Below, in pieces: positions 54,480-64,000 of a DNA stretch of 64,000 nucleotides; positions within the stretch are counted from its first letter, which is position 1; every line of letters begins with the position of its first letter. Origin of the DNA: Eimeria praecox (taxonomy: Eukaryota); the NCBI GenBank assembly GCA_963920595.1, contig OY986948.1, positions 4,092,001-4,156,000 of the forward strand, read 5' to 3'. The notes under the pieces are model-generated. The model saw nothing but the letters and a program-made list of their open reading frames with translations. It was not told where the DNA came from and searched no databases. The translations under genes were made by a program, and so were the position numbers.

Positions 54480-55250
54480 TTAAACACGTCTATTCGGTGG
54501 CACAGCAATCGTTATGCACTAGTAAGAATTCTGCCAGAGGTGCAAAGCGTCAACAGCCATCTTGTAATAGAATATACTAACATGGCTTGCTGGGGTCTTC
54601 ATCTGTGCCGTTTAGGAAAGATAAAACAACAGCAGTTTGTTGCTAAGCAGAAGCTAGAGGAGGTGTGCATGCTACTAAGCAAGGCTGTCGTTCTGGGCAA
54701 CTCTAATACCGGGCCGGAAGAGTGTGCCAAGCTTACGAAATATGTACGGAGAATCGAAGGGGCAATATCTTCGACCTGATAATAATGAGAAAGAAGTGAT
54801 AGAGACCGCCTAAGCAAGCGCAGAAGAAAGCCAACAGAATTGCAGGGTAGGAGCTACACTAGTCATAGGAGTATATTTACTTGAGAGAAGTAACACTCTC
54901 TGTTCAGCGACACGTTACCCGTCAGCTATCTCTTTTCGTATTTGGCTTTCGATGGTGGGGGAAATTGGACTCCTCAGTATACAAGCTGGATATTTCACGA
55001 GCTCTGACTAATCCCGTATATGAATACTCATCATCATTTCTCTTTAGGTAGCAAGCTTAAAATGCAAGAGGCAATTGCTTTACTGCCCGCCAGGCTTCGC
55101 CTTCGCGGCCTCTCCACCCTTTTCTGCAGCTTACTGTTTCCTAGCTCAACGAAGAAAACCGATTTATTTAAACAGAGCAGTCTACTGGCTATATGCTGTC
55201 CAGTTCAATTTTTCTAACTTCGCTTGTTCCCGCGTGATCTTATTTAATAA
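54480..55250 (+). mobile_element. Possible very degenerate gypsy RT/RNase H remnant
   Basis: HLCRLGKIKQQQFVAKQK...VVLG weakly resembles RT HLxxVLxKLxxxxFxAKxxKCxFxxxxVxFLG. Downstream WLYAVQFNF is weakly RNase H-like. Confidence 0.3.
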
Positions 55251-57169
55251 AACACAAAATTGTCAACATAAAATTGCGGGGATGCTTGTTGTATAACAGA
55301 AGACAATTCAATATTTTTTTTTCTTTGAAACAATCGTAAGAGCTTCCATCATTCAGCTTCTCCCCCCCCAACACACAATTGCGCCTCCGAAGTAGGGGAG
55401 GCTGATAATTCTTTGCGAAACAAACCGAAAAGTGCATCGGAGTTTGCTCCCTTAACCGCCTCATATGTTGATGCTACTTTCTTGTTCGGTACCAGCAGGA
55501 ACAATTCAACATGGGCTAACCAGTTTCTAGCTCCCTGCTCGCTGTCGTTTGCAATTCTACCTGAACCCTGAGCTTGCTTTGTATAGTTCTATTTACACTT
55601 AGGCTTGAGGCTACTTAAGTAAGTGCTAGAAGATTGCGTACTGGGTTGGTGGATGCAGCAGAAGGGAGGATTCGTTCTGCTGTTATGTGAGATTGGTGCC
55701 TTGTGGCAGTAGCCTAAGCACGTGGGCTGGTACTAACATGGCAGAATCTGTTGTATCTTCTGTTTCCTCTCTAGATCATCATCAGCCCCATGCCCTCGTG
55801 GAACTGCCCAGGGCAGCTGAAGACAGGAGGGGAAGTTATCGGCTCCTCTCTGAGAGCTACTTCCTCCTTTATTTATCCCTGTTGCAGCCCGCAACAGTTA
55901 TGAACTAAGGTGAAAGAACCTCGCTTTAGTATACTTGTGTGTGGGGCTACTGCTGGTGTTGCAATAAAAAGTGCTGCAGGCCATCACAGAATCTGCTGCC
56001 TCCTCTCCTCATCATTGAACTATGGCCCTTATGATGCTGTCTACAGAGAAGTTATAGCTAGGGGATGCCTGCAGATGTTTTTTCGTCTACTGTTCTTAAG
56101 AGTATATAACTTCGATTGCTGCTCGCAGCGATCCTCGGCTAAGCTCGAGGCCTCTCGCTACACTGAGTCTGAAACTAAGGAATCTGTTCAGCAGCATAGT
56201 TTTTAAACATATTTTGGCTGTTCAATTAAATAAACAAATAACATAAAATATATCGATATAACTGCTGTCAGCGATACATAGAGGAGCAGCTGCGGGGTTT
56301 CGGCTTTCGTGTTGGTTGCTCTCTGTACGATTTCACGTATTGGGGGCCAAAATGGGTTTGTTGAAGAGGTTGAAATAGTGTTTTGTTTGTACAATTGCCT
56401 CTAACTTTACTTTTTTGTTGTTTATTTCGCGCATTCTTCTTCTTTCCAGGGGTTGGGGGAGCCATAGAGTCGCGTAGAAGGAGGATCGTAGGTACTGCAG
56501 CGCCTCGCCCACATTTGTGAACTAGGAGCAATGAAGCGGGCCTTTGTTGTTTGTTAATCATAAAAAGACAGGAAAATAAGCTAATATCGATTGTAGAACT
56601 ACAACACTGTACAATAGAAACAAAACATGAATATCGGGGGCCGGCAACGATGAGCGGCAGCTGAGCGCTGGTTGCAGCATTTGGTTTTCGGGGGTGTTGT
56701 GTTGTGACATTTGCATGGATTTTAAGGAAATTGGAATTGTTTAGATAAATCCAATCATAAAAGGATTAAATCTGCCTTTATATTCTTTTTTTTCCCGGGT
56801 TTACCGTTCAATCATCCTACCGACATGCGGACCTGCTTCCGTCACACCAGAGAACCCTAATGCATACTCTCTTCTTTCTCTGTAAACCCCCTGTTTTTTC
56901 TTCTTTGGGTTTTACTATCTTCCCATTGTTGAAGCAGCAACAGGAGAAAGTCTTTCAAAATAGGCTTCGCCCCCCCAACTACCGCCAGCCCTTCTTCTAT
57001 GGGGATGTGGAAACCGCGAACCCTAAACCCTAAACCCTCGAACCTCAATTTCATAGTCAACAATCTTTCTTAAAACTCTTTTCAGAACCCCTCAAACCCT
57101 AGTAACCCTTCTGCAATCCGCGCTTCCCCCCACTCCTCCCCACGGCGGTTTCTTATCAGCCTACGATCA

Positions 57170-57564
57170 TCATCATCAGCAGCAGCAACACCATAACCCC
57201 AAGCAGCAGCAATATTAAAAACAGCAGCAGCAAAACAGCACAATCAGCCGCCGCGGCCGTAGCCGCATCAGCTGCTGTGGCGGAACCGCCACAAGTGCAG
57301 CAGCGGCAGCAGCAGCAGCGGCAGCACCAACACCAACAACAACAACAACAACAACAGCAGCAGCAACAACAACAACAACAACAACAACAGCAGCAGCAGC
57401 AGCAGCAACAAAGGCGATTTTGGCTTGTTTGTAGGTTATTTGCTGCTGCTGCTCTGCTCAGATTGCATGCGTTCTAGTGCTACTTGAATTTTGGGGCTTT
57501 CTATATCTGCTGCATGCAGGGGGATATTTAGGGGGAATTAAGCAGAGAATCAGGGAATCCTCCA

Positions 57565-57643
<79 letters not shown>
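57170..57643. repeat. CAG/CAA trinucleotide tract (57170-57410) and (TA)n (57569-57643)
   Basis: Directly visible. Confidence 0.95.
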
Positions 57644-57646
<3 letters not shown>

Positions 57647-57704
57647 CTCTGAAAGGAGGCAAACATAGAAGAAGGAACACAGGAAAAGAAGAAGAAAAGG
57701 GGCG

Positions 57705-59497
57705 ATGGCCGCAGAAAAGCCGCCGATTAAGGGGGGAGAGGGTGGTTTAGTATCTTCTTCTTCTCTTCAAAAGCGAACAGAGGAATACCCTGTTCTACGA
57801 AAACCAAGATCGAGAGGCAGCAGCAGAAAAGAAGGATTAGATGTAGCGAGGGAAGGATCTGTAGGAGCAGCAATACACAAGGGTGGTGGTGGTGGTGGTG
57901 GTGCTGCTGCTGCTGCTGCTGCATCGGCTGCAGACAGCAGCACATCAGCAGTGCTGCAGCATCTACGAGGAAGGAGTCCTCGCAGCAGCAGCAGCAGCAG
58001 CAGCAACGTGAATAGCAGCAGCCACGCGAATAACAGCAGCAGCAGCAATGCTCATAATAATAGTAAGGGGCGTCATCGAGGCCGCAGCAGAAGCAGCAGC
58101 AGCCACAACAGCAGCAATAAGAGCACAGCCAGCAGCACGAGCAGCAGCCACAGCAGCAACGATAGTCGTAGCAGCAGTACAGATATTCGAAACATGCATA
58201 AATATGAACGGAAGACAAGAAGAGAAGATAGACTGTACAGACAGCGATTGAAGATAACAAAACAACAAACTCCATTTATTAAAGTAAGAAAGTCTATTCG
58301 TCGTATTCTTCGTAAACCAGATATATTTATTCAATTCTTATTAACTTTCTCTCTTATATTTATGGTGGCATCTTTAGGTGTACGTATAGCAGCCAAAGCC
58401 AATCTTAAATTTGACACACATCCTCCTTTCTTAATTATTGATAGAAAGGGTGAAATAGAAGCAGCAGAAGCAGCAGCAGCAGCAGCTGCTGCTGCTGCAG
58501 CAGCAGCAGCAGCAGCAGCAGCAAAAGAAGCAGCTGCAGCTCCAGCTGTAGTTATTCCTCCTCCTCTACCTGTCGATGTTGTATTACTCGATGAAGATTT
58601 AGATATATTATTACAACAAATAAAAAAACAAACAAAAGCATTACAACGAGCATGGAGAAAGTTAGGAAGTGAGGGGAAGGAAGCAGCAAGAGATAACTTC
58701 TTTCCTACAGAAGACACAGAAGATGATCCTGCTGCTGCATTTAAACTACTTGCTTCGGCAGCATTTAGATTACAGAGGCCTCCCTTACCTCCAGGATTCG
58801 TTGAACGATATAGAATCCTTCAAATTAGTGCTGCTGCTGCTGCTGATGCTGCTGCTGATGCTGCTGCTGATGCCGCTAATTCTAATGCTCCTGCTGCTGC
58901 TGCAGGTGCTGCTGCCAATGCTGCTGCAGATCCTCCTCCTGCTGCTGCTGCAGATGCTGCTGCAGATGCTGCTGCTGCTGCTGCTGCAGATGCTGCTGCA
59001 GCAGAAGGATCTGTTGCTGGTGTTGCTGCTAACGAATTAGGAAGAGAGAAAGATGAGAAGAATACAAACGAAGATGGGGAGAAGGATGAAGAAGATAAAT
59101 CAATAGAAGAAGAAACTAAAGAAGAAGATGAAGCGAAAGAAGAAGAAAGGAATAAAGATTCAAATCCAGTAGTAGATATACCTTCTTCTTTACTAGCAGC
59201 AGATGATATTGTTGGATTACAACAACTAGAAGCAAGAAAGCTGTATAGCTTGAGGTTGTTATTGCTGCAGTGTTTGCTGCTAGCAGGACAGAGACGGCTA
59301 GAAAACTTTATTAAAACATTACAACAAGCACAGAGTAGAAGCATACCATGTGCTGTTCTACAAGTGCAAGGAAGAAGACTACCCAAACCAGAAAGTTTAC
59401 GAAATACAGATAATCTAAGAATGATATCGTATGATTGGATTGCTAACAGGGTCTTACCCCGACCAGAATTCTATAGCAGCAGCAGCAGCAACAGCAG

Positions 59498-59532
<35 letters not shown>

Positions 59533-60045
59533 ACAACAGCAGCAGCAGCAACTGTAGTAGTACTAGTGCTACTGATAGAATGAAACGAGAACGGCGTAGA
59601 CATCAATATAAACATGAATTAATTACAATTGAAAAAGATGAAGAAACAAAGAAAGTGCCGGGGGAATTAGGAAAGAGAATAGCAGACACGATTTTACTGT
59701 TAGACACACTCGCAGCCAATGATGCTGATGTTGCTGCTGCATTCAATCCGTTCCTTGCTGCTGTCAAGCCCCTTATTCAACAGCAGCAGCAGCAGCAAGA
59801 AGAAAAGAGAAGAAAACAGCAGCAAGAGGAACAGCAAAAAAAGCAGCAGCAGCAGCAGCAGGAGCAGGAGCAGGAGCAGCAGGAGCAGCAGGAGCAGCAA
59901 GAACAGCAGCAGCAGCAGCAGCAGGAAGAAGGAAAGCAGCACCATGACGAGCAGCAACAGGAGCAGCAGCAACCTGAAAGGCAGCAACAGCAGCAGAAAG
60001 CCCAGCAGCAACAGCAACGCCAGCAAGAAGAGCAGCAGCAGGACG

Positions 60046-60094
<49 letters not shown>

Positions 60095-60428
60095 GAATGT
60101 TCTAAAGGAGGTTGATGGGGATGAATATCTATCGTTTGAGGGTTTAGGTGTCTCCGCATTCCCTCTTCAGGGCTTCGCTCGTTTTGCTGCTGCAGCACAA
60201 CAACAACGTGCTGCAGCAGAGATAACAGAAGCAGCAATTGCTGCATGGCAGCAGCAGTTTACAACCGAGCATATATGCGAGGAGCTGCAGCAGCTACATC
60301 GAAAAGAGCAGCAGCAGCAGCAGCAAATGATTACGTGGAAGAATCAGCTGAAGCAATTTTGGCTGTCTGTACACCCAGACACAAACCCTAACAACGATCC
60401 TCTCCTTCTAGCCCTCTTCCTTCTATAA
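57705..60428 (+). CDS. Single-exon 907-aa hypothetical membrane protein with poly-S/A/Q/E repeats
   Basis: Uninterrupted 2.7-kb ORF with protein-like unique segments between repeats and one TM helix, IFIQFLLTFSLIFMVASLGV, preceded by a basic stretch. No family recognised. Confidence 0.8.
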
Positions 60429-60435
60429 TAAACAA

Positions 60436-60436
<1 letters not shown>

Positions 60437-60467
<31 letters not shown>

Positions 60468-60690
60468 AGTTGTTGTTGTTGCAGTTGCTGCTGTTGCTGT
60501 AATAGCAGCAAAGCAGATCCTGCAATAGCAGCAGAAGCAACTGTTGCAGTTGCAGCGATAGCTGCAGCTGCTGCACTAAGCAGCATCAGCAGCTGCTGCT
60601 GCTCTAGCAGCAACAGCAGCTGCAGCTATCGCTGCAGCAGCTGCAGCAGCAGCAGCAGCTGCTGCTGCTGCTCCTGCTGCTGCTGCAGTG
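60437..60690. repeat. CTG/CAG tract downstream of the 907-aa ORF
   Basis: Directly visible. Confidence 0.93.
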
Positions 60691-60777
60691 GAAACGAGTA
60701 TGAGCAGCACGAAGCAGATGGTTTTTCTTGTTTGCAGCGCTTGCCTACAGCAACAATTCCTACTTCACACTCTTATG

Positions 60778-60978
60778 TTTATATATATATATATATATAT
60801 ATAATATTATATATATACTATATTTGTACATTATACTATATATTATATAGATACATTATATTATGCATGATAATATATAATATAATGTATATATATAATA
60901 ATGGATATACACCCGAATATACACATATAGATACGCTTATATGTAGATTATATATACACATTTTCGCGGCTAGTGTAT

Positions 60979-61048
<70 letters not shown>

Positions 61049-61352
61049 CTGTATATACAGTGTATTAGCGTGCCCCCCTCCCTATTTGTATGCATTATAT
61101 ATATTTAAGTATAAGATGTGTATGTATATAAATATATAAATAAATATATTTATATATATGCTGTATATACTTTATATATAATGCATATGAGCGTATATTT
61201 TATACGTACTGCAGGCCTGTCGTTTCTTTATTTCGAGTATATACATGCAATTATATATGTATGTATGTATTGTATATAATATACAATATACACTATATAT
61301 ATATATATTATCATATAATAAATAAAATATATATATAATATATATATATAAT
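60778..61352. repeat. AT-rich low-complexity region with (TA)n
   Basis: Directly visible. Confidence 0.9.
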
Positions 61353-61509
61353 GTGCATATACACCCGAAGCTGCGGCAGCTGTCTCGGCAGGGTGTATGT
61401 TGTGGATGCTCGGTTTTATAGATTCGTTTCTTCTTTCTTCTTAACCTTTGTATTTTTAACGAGGTCTTCTATTGCAGGGAAGCAGTCTTTGAGCTCTCCC
61501 GCACTGTGC

Positions 61510-62063
61510 AGCTAGCTAGCTAGCTAGCTAGCTAGCTAGCTAGCCAGCGAGCTACCTGGCTAGCTGAGTAGGTAAATCGCTACTTGGAGAGCTAGCTAGC
61601 TAGCTAGCCAGTCAGCCAGGCAACCAGCTAGCTAGCTAGCTAGCTAGCTAGCTAGCTAGCTAGCTAGCTACGTAGCACTTGAGGTGGAGGGGAGCAATTG
61701 CCGCACCTCATGTTTATACAATTTCCTTTTGTCGTTTGTCATTGTGCATGCATGCGTGAAGGAAGCCAGCGGAGTTTGTTAGATACGCAGCTACGAGCTA
61801 GCCAAATAGCTAGCTAGCTAGCTAGCTAGCTAGCTAGCTAGCTAGCTAACTGGCTAGCTAGCTAGCTGGCTAGCTAGCTAGCTAGTTATTTAGTTTGATA
61901 CTTTGTCAGCTTGTTAGGTAGACAGTAGCGTGCTGGCTGGGCAGCTAGCTGACACTACAGCTAGACGTCTGGCTGCCTAGCCAGCTTTTAATTCGCTAGC
62001 TAGCTAGCTAGCTAGCAATTTACTCGGAGAGCTAGCTAGCTAGCTAGCTGGCTAGCTGGCTAG
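61510..62063. repeat. (AGCT)n palindromic tetranucleotide arrays
   Basis: Directly visible gctagcta runs. Confidence 0.95.
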
Positions 62064-62084
62064 TTCCCAGGAGAGTGGCCTTCT

Positions 62085-63103
62085 TCAAGTGCCTCCGTCT
62101 CCCCCTCGAAACATGTGATGCCTCTGCAGGCTTTGAGGTGTATCGACACCCGAAGGCAGCAGCTGCTCCACCTTCTGCTGTACTCGAGCAGCTAGCTGTA
62201 GATCTTCTGTTGGCTTCACCACATCAGCAGCAAATGCCTGAAGAAAACAAAAACGAAAACCAAAAGCCCCAAACTATATTCAACATGTACATGCATGCAT
62301 GCATGCATCTGCATGCATGCGCCACTAACATCTTTATCTGCATAAACAGAAAACTAGCAACAAATAAAAACCTACGTAGATGCATGCAAGGGCCAATGAA
62401 GGGCTGAATATGCATGCATGCAAGCCCCATGCATGCATGCATGCATGCATAAAGCCCCATCTTTATGGTTGATGTGTAGAGAGGCATCAGTGTAATGTTG
62501 AAAGCTGAGGTGTCTATACACCCCATCATCATAATCATCATTATCTCGCACACACACTAGCAACAAGAACAAATACAAGCTGCTTACAAGCCCAGAAACC
62601 CTAAACCCTAAACCCTAAACCCTAAACCCTCACCAGCATCAGCAGCCGTTTGGCTTGGCGTATCGAGAGCCCTCGACTCAACATGTAGAACAGCGGCTCC
62701 GTATCGAAATCTCGTATGGCTGCCCCGTGTGTTGCCTGCGATAAACCCTAAACCCTAAACCCTAAACCCTAAACCCTAAATCTATTCCTCCCTGACACCA
62801 GGTGGCTACAGCCACACCAAAAACCCTCTGTCTCCCCGTTTTCGCGAGGTGAGCCTGCAGTCTACTTATTAGGGTTTAGGGTTAAGGGTTTAGTTAGGGT
62901 TTAGGGTTAAGGGTTTAGTTAGGGTTTAGGGTTTAGGGTTAAGGGTTTGTATACTTTCTTGATGTCTTCAGGTATGATTTCTAAGGTAGGAACAGCAACA
63001 CAACTCGTTCCTTCCTCTAACAAAATAACTCTATTCAAGGAAGAGGCCTCAGCCCCCACACCATCTCGTTCTATTCTTATGCGGCCCCGCCAAACACCTC
63101 TTC
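62085..63103 (-). CDS. sufD: SufD Fe-S cluster assembly protein, last three exons (63103-62955, 62735-62634, 62237-62085); 5' part lies upstream, probably beyond the window
   Basis: GVWRGRIRIE...LNRVILL...PTLEIIPEDIKK|ATHGAAIRDFDTEPLFYMLSRGLSIRQAKRLLML|AF is the SufB/D C-terminal signature. A spliced nuclear copy is most likely sufD, because apicomplexan sufB is apicoplast-encoded. Confidence 0.87.
62596..62948. repeat. Interstitial telomere-like repeats: (AAACCCT)5 at 62596-62630 and 62743-62777; TTTAGGG/TTAAGGG at 62869-62948
   Basis: Directly visible, inside sufD introns. Confidence 0.95.
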
Positions 63104-63121
63104 CTGCATGCAATCAATTGA

Positions 63122-63158
<37 letters not shown>

Positions 63159-63227
63159 AGCAATTACAGCACCTGCAGCAAGAGGAAATGCTGAAGCATC
63201 AGACCTCCTCAAGCCTGGCTACTGACA

Positions 63228-63968
63228 CAGCTAGCCAGCCAGCTAGCCAGCTAGCTAGCCAGCTAGCTAACCAGCTAGCTAACCAGCTAGCTATCTATGT
63301 ATGAAGTCTGATGAGCTAGCTCGGCGTCTGAACAGCTCCTAACTGCCTGTTAGTTTGCTGGGTAGCTTCTTCTTAGCTAGCTAGCTATCCAACTAACTAG
63401 CTAGCTAGCTTTTTAACAAACTGGCTTGCTCTCCAACTAGTCTGCTATCTCTTCAGCTAGCTAGCTAGCTAGCTACCTAGCTAGCTAATATCTTATTCTA
63501 TCCGGCTAGCTTGCTGGCTAGCTAGCTGGACGTCTGAGTTTCTACTTAACAACTGGCCAGCTAAGCACCCATCTTGCCAGCTAGCCAGTCAGCTAGCCAG
63601 CTAGCTAGCTAGGTAGCTGGCCAGCTAGCTAGGTAGCTAGCTAGCCAGCTAGCTCCTCACCTAGCCAACTACTTAAGTAGCTAGCTGCCTACCTAGCTCA
63701 CTAGTTAGCTAGCTCCCTTCCTAGCGATGTATGTATCTATATATCTATCTAGGTAGCTAGCCATTCAGACAGACAACTAGCTAGACAGCTAGCTACACAA
63801 CTAGCTAGACAGCTAACTAAACAGCTAGCTACACAAATAGCTACACAAATAGCTAGACAGATAGCTACACAACTAGCTAGACAGATAGCTTGACAGCTAG
63901 CTAGACAGCTAGCTAGACAGCTGGCTAGACAGCTAGCTAGCCAGCTAGCTAGCCAGCTAGCTAGCTAG
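63228..63968. repeat. Degenerate (AGCT)n array, probably in a sufD intron
   Basis: Directly visible. Confidence 0.93.
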
Positions 63969-64000
63969 GATGAGGGTGACTAGCTGTACCCTTTCCGGCA

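Noticed and set aside
57727..60613. Antisense and alternate-frame poly-L/C/A ORFs overlapping the 907-aa gene
   Set aside because: Stop-free shadows of CAG repeats.
62280..62450. TGCATGCA clusters as a specific regulatory site
   Set aside because: The motif is abundant throughout coccidian non-coding DNA and is intronic here.
62596..62948. Chromosome end or telomere fusion
   Set aside because: The arrays are short and lie within sufD introns with intact splice sites.

Overview
Eukaryotic genomic DNA from a coccidian apicomplexan, most likely Eimeria. This is inferred from CAG/CTG runs encoding homopolymeric amino acids, TGCATGCA motifs, interstitial AAACCCT repeats, AGCT arrays and GT-AG intron-rich genes. 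Reconstructed genes: 3' part of a DDX49/DBP8-like DEAD-box helicase, a weak hypothetical gene, an ABCG half-transporter (-), a Sec20-like SNARE, an IFT20-like gene (-), an LMBR1/LMBRD1-like membrane protein, a membrane-anchored SUB2-like subtilisin, a 907-aa single-exon repeat-rich membrane protein, and the 3' end of sufD (-). Intergenic space at about 3-5.5, 14.8-22.6 and 29-31 kb holds at least seven heavily degenerate Ty3/gypsy (chromovirus-type) retrotransposon fragments. Several share an unnamed ~342-bp (~114-codon) module between RNase H and integrase, and the 14.8-22.6 kb cluster is arranged as a mirror image. Exon boundaries and homologies were read by eye; retroelement borders are approximate and no database search was run.
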